DNA of 64,000 nt from Auanema rhodensis. Lineage: Eukaryota; Animalia; Nematoda. The first letter of the stretch is position 1, and each line of letters starts with the position of its first letter. Under the pieces are notes generated by a model that was given only the letters and a program-made list of their open reading frames with translations, searched no databases and was not told where the DNA came from. The position numbers were made by a program, and so were the translations under genes. The DNA is taken from NCBI GenBank assembly GCA_964057225.1, contig CAXKVF010000074.1:496001-560000 (forward strand). The letters run 5' to 3'. Shown here one piece after another: positions 12,601-27,280 of the stretch.

Positions 12601-15600
12601 GTGCATGGTAACCATGACTTTGAATTTTACGTGAACTTTAATTTATGCTAATTAAATGTACACGTGATGTGCACTTGGTATGTAACTCGCTTCAAGTGAA
12701 AGATAAAGAGATGCGGTTTTCAAGATTAGATTCCCCATGTCCATATTAGTCTAAAAACAAATTTTTATTGATATTGCTTCATGGTAACCATGACTTTGAA
12801 ATTTACGTGAACTTTAATTTATGCTAATTAAATGTACACGTGATGTGCACTTGGTATGTAACTCACTTCACGTAAAAGATAAAGAGATGCGGTTTTCAAA
12901 ATTAGATTCCCCATGTCCATATTGGTCTAAAAACAAATTTTTATTGATATTGGTGCATGGTAACCATGACTTTGAATTTTACGTGAACTTTAATTTATGC
13001 TAATTAAATGTACACGTGATGTGCACTTGGTATGTAACTCGCTTCACGTGAAAGATAAAGAGATGCGGTTTTCAAAATTAGATTCCCCATGTCCATATTA
13101 GTCTAAAAACAAATTTTTATTGATATTGGTTCATGGTAACCATGACTTTGAAATTTACGTGAACTTTAATTTATGCTAATTAAATGTACACGTGATGTGC
13201 ACTTGGTATGTAACTCGCTTCACGTGAAAGATAAAGAGATGCGGTTTTCAAAATTAGATTCCCCATGTCCATATTAGTCTAAAAACAAATTTTTATTGAT
13301 ATTGGTTCATGGTAACCATGACTTTGAAATTTACGTGAACTTTAATTTATGCTAATTAAATGTACACGTGATGTGCACTTGGTATGTAACTCGCTTCACG
13401 TGTAAGATAAAGAGATGCGGTTTTCAAAATTAGATTCCCCATGTCCATATTAGTCTAAAAACAAATTTTTATAAATATTGGTGCATGGTAACCATGACTT
13501 TGAAATTTACGTGAACTTTAATTTATGCTAATTAAATGTACACGTGATGTGCTCTTGGTATGTAACTCGCTTCACGTGAAAGATAAAGAGATGCGGTTTT
13601 CAAAATTAGATTCCCCATGTCCATATTAGTCTAAAAACAAATTTTTATTGATATTGGTTCATGGTAACCATGACTTTGAAATTTACGTGAACTTTAATTT
13701 ATGCTAATTAAATGTACACGTGATGTGCACTTGGTATGTAACTCGCTTCACGTGAAAGATAAAGAGATGCGGTTTTCAAAATTAGATTCCCCATGTCCAT
13801 ATTAGTCTAAAAACAAATTTTTATTGATATTGGTTCATGGTAACCATGACTTTGAAATTTACGTGAACTTTAATTTATGCTAATTAAATGTACACGTGAT
13901 GTGCACTTGGTATGTAACTCGCTTCACGTGAAAGTTAAAGAGATGCGGTTTTCAAAATTAGATTCCCCATGTCCATATTAGTCTAAAAACAAATTTTTAT
14001 TGATATTGGTGCATGGTAACCATGACTTTGAAATTTACGTGAACTTTAATTTATGCTAATTAAATGTACACGTGATGTGCACTTGGTATGTAACTCGCTT
14101 CACGTGAAAGATAAAGAGATGCGGTTTTCAAAATTATATTCCCCATGTCCATATTAGTCTAAAAACAAATTTTTATTGATATTGGTGCATGGTAACCATG
14201 ACTTTGAAATTTACGTGAACTTTAATTTATGCTAATTAAATGTACACGTGATGTGCACTTGGTATGTAACTCGCTTCACGTGAAAGATAAAGAGATGCGG
14301 TTTTCAAAATTAGATTCCCCATGTCCATATTAGTCTAAAAACAAATTTTTATTGATATTGGTGCATGGTAACCATGACTTTGAATTTTACGTGAACTTTA
14401 ATTTATGCTAATTAAATGTACACGTGATGTGCACTTGGTATGTAACTCGCTTTACGTGAAAGATAAAGAGATGCGGTTTTCAAAATTATATTCCCCATGT
14501 CCATATTAGTCTAAAAACAAATTTTTATTGATATTGGTGCATGGTAACCATGACTTTGAAATTTACGTGAACTTTAATTTATGCTAATTAAATGTACACG
14601 TGATGTGCACTTGGTATGTAACTCGCTTCACGTGAAAGATAAAGAGATGCGGTTTTCAAAATTAGATTCCCCATGTCCATATTAGTCTAAAAACAAATTT
14701 TTATTGATATTGGTCCATGGTAACCATGACTTTGAATTTTACGTGAACTTTAATTTATGCTAATTAAATGTACACGTGATGTGCACTTGGTATGTAACTC
14801 GCTTCACGTGAAAGATAAAGAGATGCGGTTTTCAAAATTAGATTCCCCATGTCCATATTAGTCTAAAAACAAATTTTTATTGATATTGGTTCATGGTAAC
14901 CATGACTTTGAAATTTACGTGAACTTTAATTTATGCTAATTAAATGTACACGTGATGTGCACTTGGTATGTAACTCGCTTCACGTGAAAGATAAAGAGAT
15001 GCGGTTTTCAAAATTAGATTCCCCATGTCCATATTAGTCTAAAAACAAATTTTTATTGATATTGGTTCATGGTAACCATGACTTTGAAATTTACGTGAAC
15101 TTTAATTTATGCTAATTAAATGTACACGTGATGTGCACTTGGTATGTAACTCGCTTCACGTGAAAGATAAAGAGATTCGGTTTTCAAAATTAGATTCCCC
15201 ATGTCCATATTAGTCTAAAAACAAATTTTTATTGATATTGGTGCATGGTAACCATGACTTTGAAATTTACGTGAACTTTAATTTATGCTAATTAAATGTA
15301 CACGTGATGTGCTCTTGGTATGTAACTCGCTTCACGTGAAAGATAAAGAGATGCGGTTTTCAAAATTAGATTACCCATGTCCATATTAGTCTAAAAACAA
15401 ATTTTTATTGATATTGGTGCATGGTAACCATGACTTTGAAATTTACGTGAACTTTAATTTATGCTAATTAAATGTACACGTGATGTGCTCTTGGTATGTA
15501 ACTCGCTTCACGTGAAAGATAAAGAGATGCGGTTTTCAAAATTAGATTACCCATGTCCATAATAGTCTAAAAACAAATTTTTATTGATATTGGTGCATGG

Positions 15601-18600
15601 TAACCATGACTTTGAAATTTACGTGAACTTTAATTTATGCTAATTAAATGTACACGTGATGTGCACTTGGTATGTAACTCGCTTCACGTGAAAGATAAAG
15701 AGATGCGGTTTTCAAAATTAGATTCCCCATGTCCATATTAGTCTAAAAACAAATTTTTATTGATATTGGTTCATGGTAACCATGACTTTGAAATTTACGT
15801 GAACTTTAATTTATGCTAATTAAATGTACACGTGATGTGCACTTGGTATGTAACTCGCTTCACGTGAAAGATAAAGAGATGCGGTTTTCAAAATTAGATC
15901 CCCCATGTCCATATTAGTCTAAATACTAATTTTTATTGATATTGGTGCATGGTAACCATGACTTTGAAATTTACGTGAACTTTAATTTATGCTAATTAAA
16001 TGTACACGTGATGTGCACTTGGTATGTAACTCGCTTCACGTGAAAGATAAAGAGATGCGGTTTTCAAAATTAGATTCCCCATGTCCATATTAGTCTAAAA
16101 ACAAATTTTTATTGATATTGGTGCATGGTAACCATGACTTTGAATTTTACGTGAACTTTAATTTATGCTAATTAAATGTACACGTGATGTGCACTTGGTA
16201 TGTAACTCGCTTCACGTGAAAGATAAAGAGATGCGGTTTTCAAAATTAGATTCCCCATGTCCATATTAGTCTAAAAACAAATTTTTATTGATATTGGTTC
16301 ATGGTAACCATGACTTTGAAATTTACGTGAACTTTAATTTATGCTAATTAAATGTACACGTGATGTGCACTTGGTATGTAACTCGCTTCACGTGTAAGAT
16401 AAAGAGATGCGGTTTTCAAAATTAGATTCCCCATGTCCATATTAGTCTAAAAACAAATTTTTATTGATATTGGTGCATGGTAACCATGACTTTGAAATTT
16501 ACGTGAACTTTAATTTATGCTAATTAAATGTACACGTGATGTGCTCTTGGTATGTAACTCGCTTCACGTGAAAGATAAAGAGATGCGGTTTTCAAAATTA
16601 GATTCCCCATGTCCATATTAGTCTAAAAACAAATTTTTATTGATATTGGTTCATGGTAACCATGACTTTGAAATTTACGTGAACTTTAATTTATGCTAAT
16701 TAAATGTACACGTGATGTGCACTTGGTATGTAACTCGCTTCACGTGAAAGTTAAAGAGATGCGGTTTTCAAAATTAGATTACCCATGTCCATATTAGTCT
16801 AAAAACAAATTTTTATTGATATTGGTTCATGGTAACCATGACTTTGAAATTTACGTGAACTTTAATTTATGCTAATTAAATGTACACGTGATGTGCACTT
16901 GGTATGTAACTCGCTTCACGTGAAAGATAAAGAGATGCGGTTTTCAAAATTAGATCCCCCATGTCCATATTAGTCTAAATACTAATTTTTATTGATATTG
17001 GTGCATGGTAACCATGACTTTGAAATTTACGTGAACTTTAATTTATGCTAATTAAATGTACACGTGATGTGCACTTGGTATGTAACTCGCTTCACGTGAA
17101 AGATAAAGAGATGCGGTTTTCAAAATTAGATTCCCCATGTCCATATTAGTCTAAAAACAAATTTTTATTGATATTGGTGCATGGTAACCATGACTTTGAA
17201 ATTTACGTGAACTTTAATTTATGCTAATTAAATGTACACGTGATGTGCACTTGGTATGTAACTCGCTTCACGTGAAAGATAAAGAGATGCGGTTTTCAAA
17301 ATTAGATTCCCCATGTCCATATTAGTCTAAAAACAAATTTTTATTGATATTGGTGCATGGTAACCATGACTTTGAAATTTACGTGAACTTTAATTTATGC
17401 TAATTAAATGTACACGTGATGTGCACTTGGTATGTAACTTGCTTCACGTGAAAGATAAAGAGATGCGGTTTTCAAAATTAGATTGCCCATGTCCATATTA
17501 GTCTAAAAACAAATTTTAATTGATATTGGTTCATGGTAACCATGACTTTGAAATTTACGTGAACTTTAATTTATGCTAATTAAATGTACACGTGATGTGC
17601 ACTTGGTATGTAACTCGCTTCACGTGAAAGATAAAGAGATGCGGTTTTCATAGTTAGATTCCCCATGTCCATATTAGTCTAAAAACAAATTTTTATTGAT
17701 ATTGGTGCATGGTAACCATGACTTTGAAATTTACGTGAACTTTAATTTATGCTAATTAAATGTACACGTGATGTGCACTTGGTATGTAACTCGCTTCACG
17801 TGAAAGATGAAGAGATGCGGTTTTCAAAATTAGATTCCCCATGTCCATATTAGTCTAAAAACAAATTTTTATTGATATTGGTGCATGGTAACCATGACTT
17901 TGAAATTTACGTGAACTTTAATTTATGCTAATTAAATGTACACGTGATGTGCACTTGGTATGTAACTCGCTTCACGTGAAAGATAAAGAGATGCGGTTTT
18001 CAAAATTAGATTCCCCATGTCCATATTAGTCTAAAAACAAATTTTTATTGATATTGGTGCATGGTAACCATGACTTTGAAATTTACGTGAACTTTAATTT
18101 ATGCTAATTAAATGTACACGTGATGTGCACTTGGTATGTAACTCGCTTCACGTGAAAGATAAAGAGATGCGGTTTTCAAAATTAGATTGCCCATGTCCAT
18201 ATTAGTCTAAAAACAAATTTTAATTGATATTGGTTCATGGTAACCATGACTTTGAAATTTACGTGAACTTTAATTTATGCTAATTAAATGTACACGTGAT
18301 GTGCACTTGGTATGTAACTCGCTTCACGTGAAAGATAAAGAGATGCGGTTTTCAAAATTAGATTGCCCATGTCCATATTAGTCTAAAAACAAATTTTAAT
18401 TGATATTGGTTCATGGTAACCATGACTTTGAAATTTACGTGAACTTTAATTTATGCTAATTAAATGTACACGTGATGTGCACTTGGTATGTAACTCGCTT
18501 CACGTGAAAGATAAAGAGATGCGGTTTTCAAAATTAGATTGCCCATGCCCATATTAGTCTAAAAACAAATTTTTATTGATATTGGTGCATGGTAACCATG

Positions 18601-18832
18601 ACTTTGAAATTTACGTGAACTTTAATTTATGCTAATTAAATGTACACGTGATGTGCACTTGGTATGTAACTCGCTTCACGTAAAAGATAAAGAGATGCGG
18701 TTTTCAAAATTAGATTGCCCATGTCCATATTAGTCTAAAAACAAATTTTTATTGATATTGGTGCATGGTAACCATGACTTTGAAATTTACGTGAACTTTA
18801 ATTTATGCTAATTAAATGTACACGTGATGTGC

Positions 18833-20944
18833 ACTCGGTATGTAACTCGCTTCACGTGAAAGATAAAGAGATGCGGTTTTCAAAATTAGATTCCTCATGT
18901 CCATATTAGTCTAAAAACAAATTTTTATTGATATTGGTTCATGATAACCATGACTTTGAAATTTACGTGAACTTTAATTTATGCTAATTAAATGTACACG
19001 TGATGTGCACTTGGTATGTAACTCGCTTCACGTGAAAGATAAAGAGATGCGGTTTTCAAAATTAGATTGCCCATGTCCATATTAGTCTAAAAACAAATTT
19101 TTATTGATATTGGTTCATGGTAACCATGACTTTGAAATTTACGTGAACTTTAATTTATGCTAATTAAATGTACACGTGATGTGCACTTGGTATGTAACTC
19201 GCTTCACGTGAAAGATAAAGAGATGCGGTTTTCAAAATTAGATTCCCCATGTCCATATTATTCTAAAAACAAATTTTTATTGATATTGGTGCATGGTAAC
19301 CATGACTTTGAAATTTACGTGAACTTTAATTTATGCTAATTAAATGTACACGTGATGTGCACTTGGTATGTAACTCGCTTCACGTGAAAGATAAAGAGAT
19401 GCGGTTTTCAAAATTAGATTCCCCATGTCCATATTAGTCTAAAAACAAATTTAGATTGATATTGGTGCATGGTAACCATGACTTTGAAATTTACGTGAAC
19501 TTTAATTTATGCTAATTAAATGTACACGTGATGTGCACTTGGTATGTAACTCGCATCACGTAAAAGATAAAGAGATGCGGTTTTCAAAATTAGATTTCCC
19601 ATGTCCATATTAGTCTAAAAACAAATTTTTATTGATATTGGTTCATGGTAACCATGACTTTGAAATTTACGTGAACTTTAATTTATGCTAATTAAATGTA
19701 CACGTGATGTGCACTTGGTATGTAACTCGCTTCACGTGAAAGATAAAGAGATGCGGTTTTCAAAATTAGATTTCCCATGTCCATATTAGTCTAAAAATAA
19801 ATTTTTATTGATATTGGTGCATGGTAACCATGACTTTGAAATTTACGTGAACTTTAATTTATGCTAATTAAATGTACACGTGATGTGCACTTGGTATGTA
19901 ACTCGCTTCACGTAAAAGATAAAGAGATGCGGTTTTCAAAATTAGATTCCCCATGTCCATATTAGTCTAAAAACAAATTTTTATTGATATTGGTTCATGG
20001 TAACCATGACTTTGAAATTTACGTGAACTTTAATTTATGCTAATTAAATGTACACGTGATGTGCACTTGGTATGTAACTCGCTTCACGTGAAAGATAAAG
20101 AGATGCGGTTTTCAAAATTAGATTTTCCATGTCCATATTAGTCTAAAAACAAATTTTTATTGATATTGGTTCATGATAACCATGACTTTGAAATTTACGT
20201 GAACTTTAATTTATGCTAATTAAATGTACACGTGATGTGCACTTGGTATGTAACTCGCTTCACGTGAAAGATAAAGAGATGCGGTTTTCAAAATTAGATT
20301 TCCCATGTCCATATTAGTCTAAAAATAAATTTTTATTGATATTGGTGCATGGTAACCATGACTTTGAAATTTACGTGAACTTTAATTTATGCTAATTAAA
20401 TGTACACGTGATGTGCACTTGGTATGTAACTCGCTTCACGTGAAAGATAAAGAGATGCGGTTTTCAAAATTAGATTTCCCATGTCCATATTAGTCTAAAA
20501 ACAAATTTTTATTGATATTGGTTCATGATAACCATGACTTTGAAATTTACGTGAACTTTAATTTATGCTAATTAAATGTACACGTGATGTGCACTTGGTA
20601 TGTAACTCGCTTCACGTGAAAGATAAAGAGATGCGGTTTTCAAAATTAGATTTCCCATGTCCATATTAGTCTAAAAACAAATTTTTATTGATATTGGTTC
20701 ATGATAACCATGACTTTGAAATTTACGTGAACTTTAATTTATGCTAATTAAATGTACACGTGATGTGCACTTGGTATGTAACTCGCTTCACGTGAAAGAT
20801 GAAGAGATGCGGTTTTCAAAATTAGATTTCCCATGTCCATATTAGTCTAAAAACAAATTTTTATTGATATTGGTTCATGATAACCATGACTTTGAAATTT
20901 ACGTGAACTTTAATTTATGCTAATTAAATGTACACGTGATGTGC
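18833..20944 (+). repeat. Divergent sub-array with private monomer variants
   Basis: G112A at 18944, 20176, 20528, 20704, 20880; C61T in seven monomers (19597-20829); G77T at 19261; TTAGATTG at 19451-19458; T19A at 19555. I did not see these elsewhere in the window. Confidence 0.85.
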
Positions 20945-21472
20945 ACTTGGTATGTAACTCGCTTCACGTGAAAGATAAAGAGATGCGGTTTTCAAAATTA
21001 GATTCCCCATGTCCATATTAGTCTAAAAACAAATTTTTATTGATATTGGTTCATGGTAACCATGACTTTGAAATTTACGTGAACTTTAATTTATGCTAAT
21101 TAAATGTACACGTGATGTGCACTTGGTATGTAACTCGCTTCACGTGAAAGTTAAAGAGATGCGGTTTTCAAAATTAGATTCCCCATGTCCATATTAGTCT
21201 AAAAACAAATTTTTATTGATATTGGTGCATGGTAACCATGACTTTGAAATTTACGTGAACTTTAATTTATGCTAATTAAATGTACACGTGATGTGCACTT
21301 GGTATGTAACTCGCTTCACGTGAAAGATAAAGAGATGCGGTTTTCAAAATTAGATTCCCCATGTCCATATTAGTCTAAAAACAAATTTTTATTGATATTG
21401 GTTCATGGTAACCATGACTTTGAAATTTACGTGAACTTTAATTTATGCTAATTAAATGTACACGTGATGTGC

Positions 21473-24400
21473 ACTTGGTATGTAACTCGCTTCACGTGAA
21501 AGATAAAGAGATGCGGTTTTCAAAATTAGATTCCCCATGTCCATATTAGTCTAAAAACAAATTTTTATTGATATTGGTGCATGGTAACCATGACTTTGAA
21601 ATTTACGTGAACTTTAATTTATGCTAATTAAATGTACACGTGATGTGCTCTTGGTATGTAACTCGCTTCACGTGAAAGATAAAGAGATGCGGTTTTCAAA
21701 ATTAGATTACCCATGTCCATATTAGTCTAAAAACAAATTTTTATTGATATTGGTGCATGGTAACCATGACTTTGAAATTTACGTGAACTTTAATTTATGC
21801 TAATTAAATGTACACGTGATGTGCTCTTGGTATGTAACTCGCTTCACGTGAAAGATAAAGAGATGCGGTTTTCAAAATTAGATTACCCATGTCCATAATA
21901 GTCTAAAAACAAATTTTTATTGATATTGGTGCATGGTAACCATGACTTTGAAATTTACGTGAACTTTAATTTATGCTAATTAAATGTACACGTGATGTGC
22001 ACTTGGTATGTAACTCGCTTCACGTGAAAGATAAAGAGATGCGGTTTTCAAAATTAGATTCCCCATGTCCATATTAGTCTAAAAACAAATTTTTATTGAT
22101 ATTGGTTCATGGTAACCATGACTTTGAAATTTACGTGAACTTTAATTTATGCTAATTAAATGTACACGTGATGTGCACTTGGTATGTAACTCGCTTCACG
22201 TGAAAGATAAAGAGATGCGGTTTTCAAAATTAGATCCCCCATGTCCATATTAGTCTAAATACTAATTTTTATTGATATTGGTGCATGGTAACCATGACTT
22301 TGAAATTTACGTGAACTTTAATTTATGCTAATTAAATGTACACGTGATGTGCACTTGGTATGTAACTCGCTTCACGTGAAAGATAAAGAGATGCGGTTTT
22401 CAAAATTAGATTCCCCATGTCCATATTAGTCTAAAAACAAATTTTTATTGATATTGGTGCATGGTAACCATGACTTTGAATTTTACGTGAACTTTAATTT
22501 ATGCTAATTAAATGTACACGTGATGTGCACTTGGTATGTAACTCGCTTCACGTGAAAGATAAAGAGATGCGGTTTTCAAAATTAGATTCCCCATGTCCAT
22601 ATTAGTCTAAAAACAAATTTTTATTGATATTGGTTCATGGTAACCATGACTTTGAAATTTACGTGAACTTTAATTTATGCTAACTAAATGTACACGTGAT
22701 GTGCACTTGGTATGTAACTCGCTTCACGTGTAAGATAAAGAGATGCGGTTTTCAAAATTAGATTCCCCATGTCCATATTAGTCTAAAAACAAATTTTTAT
22801 AAATATTGGTGCATGGTAACCATGACTTTGAAATTTACGTGAACTTTAATTTATGCTAATTAAATGTACACGTGATGTGCTCTTGGTATGTAACTCGCTT
22901 CACGTGAAAGATAAAGAGATGCGGTTTTCAAAATTAGATTCCCCATGTCCATATTAGTCTAAAAACAAATTTTTATTGATATTGGTTCATGGTAACCATG
23001 ACTTTGAAATTTACGTGAACTTTAATTTATGCTAATTAAATGTACACGTGATGTGCACTTGGTATGTAACTCGCTTCACGTGAAAGATAAAGAGATGCGG
23101 TTTTCAAAATTAGATTCCCCATGTCCATATTAGTCTAAAAACAAATTTTTATTGATATTGGTTCATGGTAACCATGACTTTGAAATTTACGTGAACTTTA
23201 ATTTATGCTAATTAAATGTACACGTGATGTGCACTTGGTATGTAACTCGCTTCACGTGAAAGTTAAAGAGATGCGGTTTTCAAAATTAGATTCCCCATGT
23301 CCATATTAGTCTAAAAACAAATTTTTATAAATATTGGTGCATGGTAACCATGACTTTGAAATTTACGTGAACTTTAATTTATGCTAATTAAATGTACACG
23401 TGATGTGCACTTGGTATGTAACTCGCTTCACGTGAAAGTTAAAGAGATGCGGTTTTCAAAATTAGATTCCCCATGTCCATATTAGTCTAAAAACAAATTT
23501 TTATTGATATTGGTGCATGGTAACCATGACTTTGAAATTTACGTGAACTTTAATTTATGCTAATTAAATGTACACGTGATGTGCACTTGGTATGTAACTC
23601 GCTTCACGTGAAAGATAAAGAGATGCGGTTTTCAAAATTAGATTCCCCATGTCCATATTAGTCTAAAAACAAATTTTTATTGATATTGGTGCATGGTAAC
23701 CATGACTTTGAATTTTACGTGAACTTTAATTTATGCTAATTAAATGTACACGTGATGTGCACTTGGTATGTAACTCGCTTCACGTGAAAGATAAAGAGAT
23801 GCGGTTTTCAAAATTAGATTCCCCATGTCCATATTAGTCTAAAAACAAATTTTTATTGATATTGGTTCATGGTAACCATGACTTTGAAATTTACGTGAAC
23901 TTTAATTTATGCTAATTAAATGTACACGTGATGTGCACTTGGTATGTAACTCGCTTCACGTGAAAGATAAAGAGATGCGGTTTTCAAAATTAGATTCCCC
24001 ATGTCCATATTAGTCTAAAAACAAATTTTTATTGATATTGGTTCATGGTAACCATGACTTTGAATTTTACGTGAACTTTAATTTATGCTAATTAAATGTA
24101 CACGTGATGTGCACTTGGTATGTAACTCGCTTCACGTGAAAGATAAAGAGATGCGGTTTTCAAAATTAGATTCCCCATGTCCATATTAGTCTAAAAACAA
24201 ATTTTTATTGATATTGGTGCATGGTAACCATGACTTTGAAATTTACGTGAACTTTAATTTATGCTAATTAAATGTACACGTGATGTGCTCTTGGTATGTA
24301 ACTCGCTTCACGTGAAAGATAAAGAGATGCGGTTTTCAAAATTAGATTACCCATGTCCATATTAGTCTAAAAACAAATTTTTATTGATATTGGTGCATGG

Positions 24401-26400
24401 TAACCATGACTTTGAAATTTACGTGAACTTTAATTTATGCTAATTAAATGTACACGTGATGTGCTCTTGGTATGTAACTCGCTTCACGTGAAAGATAAAG
24501 AGATGCGGTTTTCAAAATTAGATTACCCATGTCCATAATAGTCTAAAAACAAATTTTTATTGATATTGGTGCATGGTAACCATGACTTTGAAATTTACGT
24601 GAACTTTAATTTATGCTAATTAAATGTACACGTGATGTGCACTTGGTATGTAACTCGCTTCACGTGAAAGATAAAGAGATGCGGTTTTCAAAATTAGATT
24701 CCCCATGTCCATATTAGTCTAAAAACAAATTTTTATTGATATTGGTTCATGGTAACCATGACTTTGAAATTTACGTGAACTTTAATTTATGCTAATTAAA
24801 TGTACACGTGATGTGCACTTGGTATGTAACTCGCTTCACGTGAAAGATAAAGAGATGCGGTTTTCAAAATTAGATCCCCCATGTCCATATTAGTCTAAAT
24901 ACTAATTTTTATTGATATTGGTGCATGGTAACCATGACTTTGAAATTTACGTGAACTTTAATTTATGCTAATTAAATGTACACGTGATGTGCACTTGGTA
25001 TGTAACTCGCTTCACGTGAAAGATAAAGAGATGCGGTTTTCAAAATTAGATTCCCCATGTCCATATTAGTCTAAAAACAAATTTTTATTGATATTGGTGC
25101 ATGGTAACCATGACTTTGAATTTTACGTGAACTTTAATTTATGCTAATTAAATGTACACGTGATGTGCACTTGGTATGTAACTCGCTTCACGTGAAAGAT
25201 AAAGAGATGCGGTTTTCAAAATTAGATTCCCCATGTCCATATTAGTCTAAAAACAAATTTTTATTGATATTGGTTCATGGTAACCATGACTTTGAAATTT
25301 ACGTGAACTTTAATTTATGCTAATTAAATGTACACGTGATGTGCACTTGGTATGTAACTCGCTTCACGTGTAAGATAAAGAGATGCGGTTTTCAAAATTA
25401 GATTCCCCATGTCCATATTAGTCTAAAAACAAATTTTTATAAATATTGGTGCATGGTAACCATGACTTTGAAATTTACGTGAACTTTAATTTATGCTAAT
25501 TAAATGTACACGTGATGTGCTCTTGGTATGTAACTCGCTTCACGTGAAAGATAAAGAGATGCGGTTTTCAAAATTAGATTCCCCATGTCCATATTAGTCT
25601 AAAAACAAATTTTTATTGATATTGGTTCATGGTAACCATGACTTTGAAATTTACGTGAACTTTAATTTATGCTAATTAAATGTACACGTGATGTGCACTT
25701 GGTATGTAACTCGCTTCACGTGAAAGATAAAGAGATGCGGTTTTCAAAATTAGATTCCCCATGTCCATATTAGTCTAAAAACAAATTTTTATTGATATTG
25801 GTTCATGGTAACCATGACTTTGAAATTTACGTGAACTTTAATTTATGCTAATTAAATGTACACGTGATGTGCACTTGGTATGTAACTCGCTTCACGTGAA
25901 AGTTAAAGAGATGCGGTTTTCAAAATTAGATTCCCCATGTCCATATTAGTCTAAAAACAAATTTTTATTGATATTGGTGCATGGTAACCATGACTTTGAA
26001 ATTTACGTGAACTTTAATTTATGCTAATTAAATGTACACGTGATGTGCACTTGGTATGTAACTCGCTTCACGTGAAAGTTAAAGAGATGCGGTTTTCAAA
26101 ATTAGATTCCCCATGTCCATATTAGTCTAAAAACAAATTTTTATTGATATTGGTGCATGGTAACCATGACTTTGAAATTTACGTGAACTTTAATTTATGC
26201 TAATTAAATGTACACGTGATGTGCACTTGGTATGTAACTCGCTTCACGTGAAAGATAAAGAGATGCGGTTTTCAAAATTAGATTCCCCATGTCCATATTA
26301 GTCTAAAAACAAATTTTTATTGATATTGGTGCATGGTAACCATGACTTTGAATTTTACGTGAACTTTAATTTATGCTAATTAAATGTACACGTGATGTGC
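21473..26400 (+). repeat. Local higher-order repeat with 15-monomer (2640 bp) offset, imperfect
   Basis: Paired variants at 21649/24289 (A1T+C61A), 22260/24900 (AAATACT), 22731/25371 (A27T), 22881/25521 (A1T), 23263/25903 and 23439/26079 (A31T), 23713/26353 (A129T). Mismatches at 22684 and 23329-23330. Confidence 0.85.
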
Positions 26401-27280
26401 ACTTGGTATGTAACTCGCTTCACGTGAAAGATAAAGAGATGCGGTTTTCAAAATTATATTCCCCATGTCCATATTAGTCTAAAAACAAATTTTTATTGAT
26501 ATTGGTGCATGGTAACCATGACTTTGAAATTTACGTGAACTTTAATTTATGCTAATTAAATGTACACGTGATGTGCACTTGGTATGTAACTCGCTTCACG
26601 TGAAAGATAAAGAGATGCGGTTTTCAAAATTAGATTCCCCATGTCCATATTAGTCTAAAAACAAATTTTTATTGATATTGGTTCATGGTAACCATGACTT
26701 TGAAATTTACGTGAACTTTAATTTATGCTAATTAAATGTACACGTGATGTGCACTTGGTATGTAACTCGCTTCACGTGAAAGATAAAGAGATGCGGTTTT
26801 CAAAATTAGATTCCCCATGTCCATATTAGTCTAAAAACAAATTTTTATTGATATTGGTTCATGGTAACCATGACTTTGAAATTTACGTGAACTTTAATTT
26901 ATGCTAATTAAATGTACACGTGATGTGCACTTGGTATGTAACTCGCTTCACGTGAAAGATAAAGAGATGCGGTTTTCAAAATTAGATTCCCCATGTCCAT
27001 ATTAGTCTAAAAACAAATTTTTATTGATATTGGTGCATGGTAACCATGACTTTGAAATTTACGTGAACTTTAATTTATGCTAATTAAATGTACACGTGAT
27101 GTGCTCTTGGTATGTAACTCGCTTCACGTGAAAGATAAAGAGATGCGGTTTTCAAAATTAGATTACCCATGTCCATATTAGTCTAAAAACAAATTTTTAT
27201 TGATATTGGTGCATGGTAACCATGACTTTGAAATTTACGTGAACTTTAATTTATGCTAATTAAATGTACACGTGATGTGC

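Larger units (their letters stand above)
1..18938 (+). repeat. Large intra-array duplication, copy A (>=107 monomers; left end runs off the window)
   Basis: Rare variants recur at offset 27280 (155 monomers): 939/28219, 2031/29311, 2656/29936, 4265/31545. They then recur at offset 27456 (156 monomers): 6915/34371, 12429/39885, 14453/41909, 14715/42171, 15177/42633, 17651/45107. Confidence 0.95.
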
